A program made the position numbers and the translations under genes. This document shows positions 18,191 to 27,561 of a stretch of 64,000 nucleotides of DNA, piece by piece. Each line of letters begins with the position of its first letter. The first letter of the stretch is position 1. This stretch comes from a bacterium. GTDB taxonomy: Bacteria; RBG-13-61-14; DATKZS01. The notes below the pieces were generated by a model. The model was not told the DNA's origin, made no database searches, and worked only from the letters and a program-made list of their open reading frames with translations. Location of the stretch: positions 416,001 through 480,000 of the forward strand of contig CAXXFL010000005.1 in assembly GCA_963674965.2 (NCBI GenBank), read 5' to 3'.

Positions 18191-20523
18191 TGTCCAGTTG
18201 GATGAAGGCGCTTTTGACGGCGATGATAACCGCGTCGGTATTGTTCACCGGTCCGGCCTTTTCCAAGGACCTTCCCTCGCTCGAGGACGGCCAGGTGATA
18301 ATGAAATGGGACGACTTCGAGAAGATACTAAAGGAGCTTCTAAAAGAGGAGAAGAAACCGGAGGAGGAAAAACCCAAGATCGTCCCTCCCCGCGATTATT
18401 CGCTAAAGGGCGCGTCCTTTACGATCGAGATCAAGGACGGCTTTGCCCAAGTGCAAGGCGAGTACGCCCTTGACGTGCTGGCCGATGACAAATGGGTCTC
18501 GGTTCCCGTCGGCGGATACAACGGCGGCATGAGCGAGGTTTTGGTGGACGGGGAGCCGGCGCTCATCCACGACGAGGGCGGACGCCTTTCCATCCTGCTT
18601 CTGGGCAAGGGCTCGAGACGGGTACGAGCGAGCTACGCCGTGGCCGCTCCCAAGGACCCGGGACCCAACCGGTTCAACGTTTCCACGGCCGACTTCGCCG
18701 GGGCCATGATAAATCTCGAGACCCCCCTCGAGCTGTCCGACGTTTCCATCCAGGGCGCGGTCATCGTCGAGACTAAAGAGGCGGATAAGAAGCGGACGAT
18801 CAGGGCCGTCATCGGCGGCGGCTCCGGCCTCACCGTCAATTATAACGTCCCGGTCAAGGAGGCGGGGGCGGCCGAGGCGGAGAAGCTTCCGCCCAAGATT
18901 TATTCCGAGGTCGAGATACTGGTGTCCATAGCGGACGAGGTGGTCAAGGCCAACGCGTCTTTCCGCTTCGACGTGAAGCACTCGCCCGTGTCCAAGTTCG
19001 AGATGGAAGTTCCCAAGGGCTACGAGGTGGTAAACGTGATCGGCAACTGCGTTTCCAACTGGAAGGCCGAGGCGGGCAAGCTGGCCATCAACGTGGGCTA
19101 CGAGGTCAAGGGGACCTACGTGGCCACGGTCCAGCTCGAGGCCAAGCGGGAGAAGGCCTCGGGGGTCGTCACCATCCCGGAGCCAAAGACCCTGGGCGTC
19201 GAGCGCGAGTCGGGCTTCGTGGCGGTCGAGACGCGCTCGAGCCTCGAGGTCGAGATCGACAAGACCGACGGGCTTTTGCTTATTGACGCCACCGAGCTTC
19301 CCCCCGGTCTCGGCGGGTCCTTCGTCAACCCGAACGTGGGCGGCCCGACCGCCAACGCCGTATGGAACGATATGGGCCGGGCCCGATATCCCGTGCTTTA
19401 CGCCTTCCGCTTCGGCCGGCATCCCTACTCGGGAGAGCTGTCGGTCACGCGTCACGAGGAGGTCGAGATACTGTCGGCCGCCATCGACACGGCCAACATG
19501 GTCACCCTTTTCACGGACGACGGAAAGTCGGTCACGCGGGTGATATACGAGATCAGGAACAACAAGCGCCAGTACATCAAGATCGACCTTCCCCAGGGCG
19601 CCGAGGTATGGAGCGCCTATCTGGACCAGCAGCCCATCAAGCCCGCGAGAAACGCCGAGGGCAGGCTGCTGCTTCCGCTTAAGAAATCGGGATCGGACGG
19701 GTCCAAGGTCAGCTTCACGGTCGAGCTTATCTACATGGCGCCCATCTCGAAGATGGAGGAAAAGGGCAAGATCGAGACCTCCTATCCCAAGGCCGACATA
19801 CCGGCCTCGGAAATGCTGGTGTCCCTGTACCTGCCCGACAAGTTCGAGTACGACGAGTTCGAGGGCGACCTGGATGAGGAAAGATTCTGGTTGGGCCAGT
19901 TCGGAGTAACTTCCGGGGCAAACTTTGTTGAAAACGGCCGCGTGGCACAACCCGCGTCTGGAATCGAAGCTCTTGGATACGTCAACGAGGAGAAAGCGCA
20001 AGGCAAGAAGGCCAAATATTCCATGCGGGCCTTAAACCGTCAGGCCGAGCTCGAAAGGGAGATAGCCGACGAGATACAAATGCAGCAGCAGGCCGTCAAC
20101 GCGCCCTTTGACCTGAGCCAGGTCTCGGACGGCCAGGCCGTGACCAGTACCCGCTCGGGCATGTTGCCGGTCAAGTTCAACGTGCCCCTGAGGGGAACGG
20201 TCCATCGCTTGTCCAAATTAATCGTAATCGACGAGGCGCCCGCGCTGTCGTTCGAGTTCAAGAAGAAAAAGGACCCCTTCCCCTGGAGCGCGGTGAAGAA
20301 GGCCCTGTGGGTGCTTTTTGTCATCCTTATTTTCGCGGGACTGTTCTACCTGGTGGCCCTTATAAGAAGGAAATCCGGGCAGGCCAAGGTGGCCCTGGAG
20401 AAGGCCCGGGCCGAGTATAACGCGTCGGCCGCGGCCAGGGCCGCCCAGGCGCCTCCGCCCGCCGCTCAGCCCTCCGAGCCGCCGCCTCTGAAGGGGGCGG
20501 ACGATCTTGGCCGAGGCGCATGA
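18187..20523 (+). CDS. Uncharacterised envelope protein, paralogue B
   Basis: 4-nt overlap (GTGA) with paralogue A; shared motifs W.DF.KIL, Y.IRNN.RQ, G.LL.PL.KS, LPV.F.VP; C-terminal TM and Ala/Pro tail. Confidence 0.85.
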   Translation: MMSSWMKALLTAMITASVLFTGPAFSKDLPSLEDGQVIMKWDDFEKILKELLKEEKKPEEEKPKIVPPRDYSLKGASFTIEIKDGFAQVQGEYALDVLADDKWVSVPVGGYNGGMSEVLVDGEPALIHDEGGRLSILLLGKGSRRVRASYAVAAPKDPGPNRFNVSTADFAGAMINLETPLELSDVSIQGAVIVETKEADKKRTIRAVIGGGSGLTVNYNVPVKEAGAAEAEKLPPKIYSEVEILVSIADEVVKANASFRFDVKHSPVSKFEMEVPKGYEVVNVIGNCVSNWKAEAGKLAINVGYEVKGTYVATVQLEAKREKASGVVTIPEPKTLGVERESGFVAVETRSSLEVEIDKTDGLLLIDATELPPGLGGSFVNPNVGGPTANAVWNDMGRARYPVLYAFRFGRHPYSGELSVTRHEEVEILSAAIDTANMVTLFTDDGKSVTRVIYEIRNNKRQYIKIDLPQGAEVWSAYLDQQPIKPARNAEGRLLLPLKKSGSDGSKVSFTVELIYMAPISKMEEKGKIETSYPKADIPASEMLVSLYLPDKFEYDEFEGDLDEERFWLGQFGVTSGANFVENGRVAQPASGIEALGYVNEEKAQGKKAKYSMRALNRQAELEREIADEIQMQQQAVNAPFDLSQVSDGQAVTSTRSGMLPVKFNVPLRGTVHRLSKLIVIDEAPALSFEFKKKKDPFPWSAVKKALWVLFVILIFAGLFYLVALIRRKSGQAKVALEKARAEYNASAAARAAQAPPPAAQPSEPPPLKGADDLGRGA

Positions 20524-20653
20524 CGAGAACGTGCCAGGATGTTTTTTATCCGACCCCATCGAGGCCGCCATACGCTGCGGCGCCTTGTTGTAGGCTTCTC
20601 AGCCTGAGGCCATTCAGGCTGCCCCCCGCGGGGTTAATCGCGGAAAAATTCGA

Positions 20654-20681
20654 TTGACTTGGAATGTCAGTCGGATATAAT
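20654..20681 (+). promoter_or_regulatory. Sigma-70 promoter
   Basis: TTGACT-N16-TATAAT upstream of the 20748 ORF. Confidence 0.65.
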
Positions 20682-20747
20682 CGAAACGTCATAAGCGGAG
20701 AGTATTCGGAAACGATCGGGGCCTTGGCCAGGATATGAGTCCGGCGC

Positions 20748-21185
20748 ATGAATGAAGAAGAAAAGAGCCGTTTCGTTAGACTTTTCGAGCGAAAATCGTT
20801 TCGCGTCGTAAGAGTGGCCGCCCCTGTCTCTATCTCTTTGCTCATTCCTCTCATCTTTCTGTTTAACTATTATTTTAACCGCAATCCAACCGATATCAAT
20901 TCTGAACGCCCTGAAAACAATGTCTATCTCTCAATATGGTTTGCCGAGAATGTAGTTGGCGGCCATAGTCCAATCACTCAAGTAATATTTTTTATATTCT
21001 ATGTTGCGGCTGGTTGTGTAGGTTCGTTTTTGCTTTTTATGCATTTATCAGCGCTATTTGAAAAAATCAAGGAAGATAAAATACGGGCGGGGTTTAAGGT
21101 CATATCCTATTTTATTTTAATTATCCTACTTTCATCGTTTTTGTCGATTCCATTAATAATGTTGCGAGGGGTTTTACTATATTGA
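20748..21185 (+). CDS. Small AT-rich membrane protein (about 3 TM), hypothetical
   Basis: 145-aa ORF with three hydrophobic stretches, downstream of a near-consensus promoter. Confidence 0.6.
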   Translation: MNEEEKSRFVRLFERKSFRVVRVAAPVSISLLIPLIFLFNYYFNRNPTDINSERPENNVYLSIWFAENVVGGHSPITQVIFFIFYVAAGCVGSFLLFMHLSALFEKIKEDKIRAGFKVISYFILIILLSSFLSIPLIMLRGVLLY

Positions 21186-21463
21186 AAAAGTTTGTTTTTA
21201 TTTTTAGCCTGCCGTTGATTTTAATCGGCTCTCGTCCCGCTTTGGCTACTGATATATATATACCAGAGGACTTGGCCGTCATATTTTTTATAATAAATTA
21301 TACCGCATGCATGGCTTTCTTAATCGCTCTGATATTGATACTATTAGAGCTTCTATTCAAGAGGCCTTTACTATATAAAACGTTATTGATTCTTTTTTCG
21401 ATCTTGGTTTCGGCTTACATCATTGGAACGGTTCACTTTTATATATTCAAGTTTATTTTGTAA
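21182..21463 (+). CDS. Small AT-rich membrane protein, hypothetical
   Basis: 93-aa ORF, TTG start overlapping the previous stop; signal-like N-terminus plus two TM segments. Confidence 0.5.
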   Translation: MKKFVFIFSLPLILIGSRPALATDIYIPEDLAVIFFIINYTACMAFLIALILILLELLFKRPLLYKTLLILFSILVSAYIIGTVHFYIFKFIL

Positions 21464-21526
21464 TTTCGCCATGAGTCCAGACATCACGTTATTGCTTGAT
21501 TCTCTAACGGAGTATTGGTGACGTTT

Positions 21527-22279
21527 ATGACCGATCGCCTCGATCGTTTTTCCCGTCAGATGGCTTTCCCCGGCATTGGGGAGGCGGGACAAAAGCGCCT
21601 TCTTGCCGCCAGGGTGGCGGTGGTGGGGTGCGGAGGGCTGGGCTCGACCCTGGCCGCCTGCATGGGCAGGGCCGGGATAGGCGGGTTGACCCTTATCGAC
21701 GGCGACGTGGTGGACCTGACCAACCTTCACCGCCAGTTCATGTTCGACGAGAAGGACGCCGAGGCGGGGACCAACAAGGCCATGGCCGCGGCGGCCAAGC
21801 TGCGTCAGGCCGACTCGGGCCTCGAGGTCGAGGCCGTCGCCGTCCGGCTGGAGCGGGGCAACGCGGACGAGCTTCTTTCCGGCCACGACCTTATCCTTGA
21901 CGGCCTGGACAACATGGCGGCCAGGTATATTCTTAACGACTGGTGCATGAGGAACGAGGTCCCCTGGATTTACGGCGGCGTTGCCGGCTCGAGCGGCATG
22001 GTGATGGTCGTCCGGCCCGGTCTCTCGGCCTGCCTCGAGTGCGCCTTCCCGGGGAAGGGCGAGGAAAAGGCCGAGGCCGGCGAGGAGTTGTCTTCCCTTG
22101 GCGTGATCAACCCTCTTCCCGCCCACGTGGCCGCCATCCAGTGCGCCGAGGCCCAGAAACTGCTGGTGGGATCGGGAGAAATATTATCGGGCCTTAAGTT
22201 CGTGGACCTGTGGTCGGGCGAGTGTCGGGTGATTTCCATCAACCGGAGGCCGGGGTGTTCATGCGCGCGTTTGAGATAA
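21527..22279 (+). CDS. ThiF/MoeB/HesA family adenylyltransferase (E1-like)
   Basis: RFSRQ, VVGCGGLGS, DGDVVDLTNLHRQ, CLEC and C-terminal GCSC; the start could be 21518. Confidence 0.9.
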   Translation: MTDRLDRFSRQMAFPGIGEAGQKRLLAARVAVVGCGGLGSTLAACMGRAGIGGLTLIDGDVVDLTNLHRQFMFDEKDAEAGTNKAMAAAAKLRQADSGLEVEAVAVRLERGNADELLSGHDLILDGLDNMAARYILNDWCMRNEVPWIYGGVAGSSGMVMVVRPGLSACLECAFPGKGEEKAEAGEELSSLGVINPLPAHVAAIQCAEAQKLLVGSGEILSGLKFVDLWSGECRVISINRRPGCSCARLR

Positions 22280-22306
22280 GCTCGATTTCGGTTTAAAAGT
22301 ATATTC

Positions 22307-23296
22307 ATGGCGAACAAGCAAATACTCCACTATGAGGTCGGCTCCCTTATCGGCGTGGGCGGCATGAGCAAGGTCTATAAGGGTACCGACGTCAAGCTGG
22401 GCCGTCCCGTGGCCATCAAGGTCTTGAAGCCCAACCTCACGGGCACGCCGGACCTGGTCGAGCGCTTCAAGAAGGAGGCACGGTTCCAGGCGGGCCTGGC
22501 CCACCCCGGCATCGTGTCCGTCCACGACTACCACGCCGACGGCAACCTGCTTTGCATTATCATGGAGTTCGTGGAGGGCATGTCCGTCTCGAAGCTCATC
22601 AAGTCCTCCGGCGGCCCCCTCCCCCTCGAGTTCTGCCTCGAGGTGATGGCCCAGGTGCTGGCGGCCGTGGACTACGCCCACCAGCAGGGCGTGATCCATC
22701 GCGACATGAAGCCGTCCAATATCATCGTCCAGGACCTGGGCGGCCAGACCCTGGCCCGGGTGGTCGACTTCGGCATTGCCAAGCTGGCCGACGCCGGACC
22801 GGGCATGACCGCGGCCGACGACATCTTAGGCACCGTGCATTACATGTCGCCCGAGCAGATCGAGTCGTCCATGTCCGTCACCAAGCTGACGGACGTTTAC
22901 TCCCTGGGCGTTACCCTCTATAAGATGGTAACCGGCAAGGTCCCCTTCGACAGCCAAAGCGACGCCAGGACCATGGCCATGATAGACGAGGGCAAACCCG
23001 CCCCCCCAAGAGAGATAAACCCGCATATCGGCGAGGACCTGGAAAAGGTCATACTGAGGGCCATGGCCCGTGACCCGGAAAAAAGGTACCAGTCCTGCGC
23101 CGAGTTCGCGGCCACACTCAAAGCCGTGCAGACGAAAATGGCGTCCGAGTCCGAACAAGTACCGCAAGTTGAGGAGCCGGCCCAGGAGCAAAGTTCGGAT
23201 CAGGAAAAACCGGGCAAGATGAAATGGCTGGCGCCTCTTTTGGCCGCCCTGGCGGCGATGGCGGCGGCGGTTTATTTCCTGTTCTTTTTCAAGTGA
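22307..23296 (+). CDS. Hanks-type Ser/Thr protein kinase with C-terminal membrane anchor
   Basis: GVGGMSKVY, VAIK, HRDMKPSN, DFG, GTVHYMSPE; terminal hydrophobic helix. Confidence 0.93.
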   Translation: MANKQILHYEVGSLIGVGGMSKVYKGTDVKLGRPVAIKVLKPNLTGTPDLVERFKKEARFQAGLAHPGIVSVHDYHADGNLLCIIMEFVEGMSVSKLIKSSGGPLPLEFCLEVMAQVLAAVDYAHQQGVIHRDMKPSNIIVQDLGGQTLARVVDFGIAKLADAGPGMTAADDILGTVHYMSPEQIESSMSVTKLTDVYSLGVTLYKMVTGKVPFDSQSDARTMAMIDEGKPAPPREINPHIGEDLEKVILRAMARDPEKRYQSCAEFAATLKAVQTKMASESEQVPQVEEPAQEQSSDQEKPGKMKWLAPLLAALAAMAAAVYFLFFFK

Positions 23297-23473
23297 TCTT
23301 TTGGGGGGCCCTACGCCCCCCGTTCCATAAAGCGCCATGGTTTTCGAGTTTTAGACGACTTTCCCCCGCCCTGACAATGAGGATGCCACCCGTACCCTTC
23401 CCGGCTTCACGCCTATCATCCTTTTATTCGTTGATTTTCCCGGCATATGGATGTAACTTTATATAGCGTACAA

Positions 23474-23628
23474 AGCTGAAGGGATAACTTCCAGCTATCG
23501 TTTTTCGGGTGACCCACATGGCCTGGCCGTGTGGGCGAATTTTGTCGCGGGATTGGCGTTCGGCCTCCCGCTTATTTATAACGGCGCTTTACGCGGGTTA
23601 CCCGGCGAGCCATGCACCCCCTTCAGTT
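23474..23628 (+). promoter_or_regulatory. Candidate structured 5' leader of the PTS-IIA/ClC/Usp operon
   Basis: Several 6-10 bp nested stems with mutually exclusive pairings (see findings). Confidence 0.35.
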
Positions 23629-23657
23629 ATTTTTATATCAAGTAGCGTCTCGGGACA

Positions 23658-24329
23658 ATGAAACTTAGTAAAAACGACGTCGCGGAAATTCTCAGACTCC
23701 CCGTCAGCACGATAGAGAGGTGGATAAGGCAGGGCTCGATACCCTACAACAAGTCGGGCGGCGAGTGCGTATTTTACAGCGATAAAATCGAGGCCTGGGC
23801 CAAATCCAAGCGCCTTGCGATCCATGGAAAAAACGACGCCCCGGCGCGGCCCCCGGCGGTGGAGGACTTGAGGGTCGCGGGCTGCATGGAGAAGGGCGGC
23901 TTTTTTTACGGGCTGCGCTGCGCCGACGCGGTCTCGGCGATCACTCAGGCCTGCGAGCGGCTGCCCTTCGGGGAGGAGGCCAGGCTCGAGATACTCGAGG
24001 CCCTGATCGCGCGCGAGAAGCTGGCCTCCACCGGCGTGGGCAAGGGCGTGGCCATTCCCCACCCGAGAACGCCCCAGGAAAGGCACGTTACGGAACCCAT
24101 GATCGTGACCTGTTTCCTCGAGGAGCCGGTTGATTTTTCCTCGGTTGACGAACTGCCCGTAAGCGTCGTCTTTTTGCTTTTGTCCCCCGACCTGAAAACC
24201 CACTTGAAGGCCCTGTCCATGCTCGCGCGTCTTCTTGGCGACGATTCCTTCGTCTCCTTCTTGAAAACCGCCCCCCGGGGCGAAGCTCTACTCGAGGAAG
24301 TAGCCAGGCGTGAGGCCGGAAACGACTGA
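23658..24329 (+). CDS. PTS EIIA (PtsN-like) protein with N-terminal excisionase-type HTH
   Basis: DVAEILRLPVSTIERWIRQGSIP; AREKLASTGVGKGVAIPHPR with the phosphorylatable His. Confidence 0.9.
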   Translation: MKLSKNDVAEILRLPVSTIERWIRQGSIPYNKSGGECVFYSDKIEAWAKSKRLAIHGKNDAPARPPAVEDLRVAGCMEKGGFFYGLRCADAVSAITQACERLPFGEEARLEILEALIAREKLASTGVGKGVAIPHPRTPQERHVTEPMIVTCFLEEPVDFSSVDELPVSVVFLLLSPDLKTHLKALSMLARLLGDDSFVSFLKTAPRGEALLEEVARREAGND

Positions 24330-24349
24330 CGCCGCGGCCAGTAGTCATT

Positions 24350-26065
24350 ATGAACTTGAAGAAGCTTCTGGATCGACTTGGTTTTTACCCGGCGGAAACC
24401 AAGCTGAAGCTGATTTTTCTCGGGTCCATCGTCGGCCTCCTGGCCGGTTTCGCCGGCTTCGCCCTGAACACCAGCATCCTCTTCCTCGAGCGTCATCTGA
24501 CCGTCCTGCGTCCTTATTGGTGGTCCTTTATTATTCCCGGCGCGGGCGCGGCCCTGTCTTACTTTTTTCTCGAGAAGATATTGAACGAGGGCGCGGGACA
24601 CGGCGTTCCCGAGGTGATTTACAGCGTCTCGAGGAAGGGCGGCCTCATCCGGGCCCGGTCCATCTTCTCGAGGATAATATCGAGCGGCCTCACCATAGGC
24701 AGCGGCGGCTCGGCCGGTCCCGAGGCCCCCATCATCATGAGCGGGGCGGCCATCGGCTCGAACTTCGCCCGTTTTTTAAAACTCAACGAGCGGGAGCGGA
24801 TCAACATGGTGGGATGCGGCTCGGCCGCCGCCATAGCCTCGATCTTCAACGCTCCCATCGCGGGCATGGTCTTTACCCTCGAGGTGGTGCTGGGGGAATG
24901 GACGGCCGTGAACATCGTTCCCATCGCCGTGGCCTCGGTGGCGGGCGCCGAGCTTTCCCGCGTCCTTCGCGGCAACCAGATCGCCTTTTCCCATGAGTCT
25001 TTCGCCATCGGGCCGGGCGCCATAGTGGCCGCCGTCGTCCTGGCCCTTTTCACCTCCGCCGCCGCGCTGGGCATGACCCGCGCTCTCAGGAAGAGCCACG
25101 CTCTCTGGCACAAGGTCGAGCTTTCTCCCTGGGCCCGCGCCTTCGCGGGAGGCTGCCTGGTGGGAGGCCTCGGCCTGGCCATGCCCATGGTGCTGGGTGA
25201 GGGCTACCACGCCGTGAGCGACGCCGTGACCGGGGATTTCCATCCTGGTTTCGCCCTGGTCGCGGTCCTGGTGCTGGCCAAGATACTGGCCACGGCGACG
25301 ACCCTTGGCTCGGGCGGCTCGGGGGGGATATTTGCCCCCTGCCTGGTGGTTGGAGGGTTCGCCGGCCTGGCTTATTACAGGGGCGTGGGGCTGGTCCTGC
25401 CGGGAATCGACCTGGGGGCGGAGGGACTCTTCGCGCTCCTGGGCATGGCGGGAATGATTGGGGGCATGCTCCAGGCCCCGCTGACGGCCATCTTTCTCAT
25501 CGTCGAGGTCACGGGGGACTATAACGTTATCCTGCCCCTTATCATGGTGTCCGTTCTCTCCTCGACCATCTGCAGCATATTCGAGCCGAACTCCTACTAC
25601 CTTCGGGACCTCGAGGACAGCGGACACCTTTTGCGGGTGGGAACGGACGCCCGCATACTGGCCGACCTTCGCGTGGCCGAGATGCTCGACCGCGACTGCA
25701 TGGTGGTCTCGGACAAGATGAAGCTGGGGGAGTTCGTGGACGTGGTCAAGAAGTCCAGCAGGAACTTCTTTCCCGTCGAGGACGAGGACACGGGCAAGTT
25801 TCTGGGCATGATTCACCTGGACCAGGTGCGCCCGTATTTATTCAGCCGGGAGATGTACGACGTGGTGCTCATTTGCGAGATCATGGACGCGAAGCCGGCG
25901 GTGGTCGCTCCCGACGACTCCTTGACGGAGGTGCTCGAGAAGATGGAGGCCACCAGGTCCATCAGGCTGCCCGTGGTCGACGGGGACAAGTATCTGGGCA
26001 TGGTCTCGAAGGTGGCCGCCCTCGACCGCTACCGCAAGGAACTGATCGTGCAGACCGAGAAATAG
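24350..26065 (+). CDS. ClC-family chloride channel/antiporter with two CBS domains
   Basis: GHGVPE, GGSAGPEAP, FNAPIAG, GGSGGIFAP motifs; C-terminal CBS pair. Confidence 0.92.
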   Translation: MNLKKLLDRLGFYPAETKLKLIFLGSIVGLLAGFAGFALNTSILFLERHLTVLRPYWWSFIIPGAGAALSYFFLEKILNEGAGHGVPEVIYSVSRKGGLIRARSIFSRIISSGLTIGSGGSAGPEAPIIMSGAAIGSNFARFLKLNERERINMVGCGSAAAIASIFNAPIAGMVFTLEVVLGEWTAVNIVPIAVASVAGAELSRVLRGNQIAFSHESFAIGPGAIVAAVVLALFTSAAALGMTRALRKSHALWHKVELSPWARAFAGGCLVGGLGLAMPMVLGEGYHAVSDAVTGDFHPGFALVAVLVLAKILATATTLGSGGSGGIFAPCLVVGGFAGLAYYRGVGLVLPGIDLGAEGLFALLGMAGMIGGMLQAPLTAIFLIVEVTGDYNVILPLIMVSVLSSTICSIFEPNSYYLRDLEDSGHLLRVGTDARILADLRVAEMLDRDCMVVSDKMKLGEFVDVVKKSSRNFFPVEDEDTGKFLGMIHLDQVRPYLFSREMYDVVLICEIMDAKPAVVAPDDSLTEVLEKMEATRSIRLPVVDGDKYLGMVSKVAALDRYRKELIVQTEK

Positions 26066-26086
26066 GACCGATAAAAGGAGAAGAAA

Positions 26087-26911
26087 TTGCAACCTCGCTT
26101 ATTGCAAGTTTTCAGGAACACGCCCTTTGGGAGGGAGACCTTTTTACAATCCATTTACTTCGCCAGGACCATCGACGTGTCCATCCGCGTTTACGTGCCC
26201 AAGCAAAAGCGCTTCCTCATGTATTTCGAGAACGACGTGCTCCAGGTGGACCTTGACGAGTCCTACATCTTCTCGCCCGACACGGCCGAGGAAAACGTGA
26301 GGCAACTGCTCGATAACTCCGGCGTCAACTTCGATTTTGTCGCGCCCGAGCATTACACAGCCTCTTCCCTGCCCGACCTGCCCATAGATTACGAGTTCAT
26401 GTGCTGCCCGCGCAGCATGAGCGACCCGGGCGCGAAAATCGGCCTGGGATACATTGGACCCAAGGTAAGGCACGTCATCAAGACGGCCAGTTTTCCCATA
26501 CTGATCCCGAGTATCTGTTATAAAGAGTGGAATAAAATCTCCGTCCTCTTCGGCGGGTCCATCAACGCCGTCAAGTCCCTCCGGCTGGGGATACGCCTGG
26601 CCTCGAGGACTCGTTACCCTCTCGAGGTGTTTACCATCCAGGAGAAAGGGACGGACAAGCGGTCGCTGGAAAAGCTGATCGAGGAGAGGGAACTCGCCGA
26701 AAAATTCGACAAGTACGTGAAGAATTGGACCTTCCTGGACAAGTCCGACGTCAGGGAAAGCCTGTACTTGATTCCCCACGACTCGCTGTTAATCCTGGGG
26801 GCTTACGGCCATGGACTCGTGCGCGAGCTGATCTTCGGATCGAAAATGGAGATAGTCCAGGACTTCATGCCCAACAACCTCATGGTGGTGGGACCGAACT
26901 TCTCCCAATAG
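26087..26911 (+). CDS. Universal stress protein family
   Basis: AAAGGAG RBS with TTG start; C-terminal LILGAYGHGLVRELIFGS motif. Confidence 0.8.
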   Translation: MQPRLLQVFRNTPFGRETFLQSIYFARTIDVSIRVYVPKQKRFLMYFENDVLQVDLDESYIFSPDTAEENVRQLLDNSGVNFDFVAPEHYTASSLPDLPIDYEFMCCPRSMSDPGAKIGLGYIGPKVRHVIKTASFPILIPSICYKEWNKISVLFGGSINAVKSLRLGIRLASRTRYPLEVFTIQEKGTDKRSLEKLIEERELAEKFDKYVKNWTFLDKSDVRESLYLIPHDSLLILGAYGHGLVRELIFGSKMEIVQDFMPNNLMVVGPNFSQ

Positions 26912-26943
26912 GAAGACAAGGCCTCGAGGCGACAAGGATCGGC

Positions 26944-27417
26944 TCAGGGCGACAAGGGCCAGAGCTTCCCGCCGATCCTTACGGCGTAGCCGTCCTCCGT
27001 TTCCTCGAGGCACTTCATGAGTTGGTAATAGGCGGGCCGTAAAAAGCGGGCCGGAAACTCGCCGCCCTTCACGTCGCAGTAAAGAACGTTGTCCGCGCCC
27101 ACGCGAAGGCTTGCAAGGTCGAGTTCCTCCATGGAGCCGTCGTTTAGCCTTCCCACCGCCTTGTCCTCCTCGACGTCAACCCCTCTTATCACGTAGGGCG
27201 CGTCCTCGACCACGATGGGCGCCCACTCGAGGCCCACCACCAGGCGGTAGCCGCCGGCGGGGTCCTTTTGGACGCTCCGGCTGAAAAGGTCGGCCGTAAG
27301 CTTGTGGGTTATCTCCTCGCCGTCGTGAAACCAGCGGCCTTCCTTGTCGAGTCTTATCTCGGCCCCCTCGAACCTGAACCTGGGATCGGTACCGGGACCG
27401 CCTTTACCGTCAGTCAA
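26944..27417 (-). CDS. DUF1285-like hypothetical protein
   Basis: IRLDKEGRWFHDGEEI...IVVEDAPY...ARFLRPAYYQL pattern. Confidence 0.7.
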   Translation of the reverse strand: MTDGKGGPGTDPRFRFEGAEIRLDKEGRWFHDGEEITHKLTADLFSRSVQKDPAGGYRLVVGLEWAPIVVEDAPYVIRGVDVEEDKAVGRLNDGSMEELDLASLRVGADNVLYCDVKGGEFPARFLRPAYYQLMKCLEETEDGYAVRIGGKLWPLSP

Positions 27418-27561
27418 TCTTATCCTCCCCGCGTTTTGAGAAGACGCTATTGGCCGCTCGCGAACCGCAAGCGGGCCGTATTTTGATTTTCTCCAATAAT
27501 GTTGGATGACGCAAGCCGGCCGGGTCCGGCCCGTATTTAATACCGCGCCTATCGATCGGTA

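Noticed and set aside
23474-26065. Fluoride riboswitch / fluoride-specific ClC
   Set aside because: No GGCGAUGG..CGCC core, and the ClC has GHGVP/GPEAP rather than fluoride-exporter motifs.
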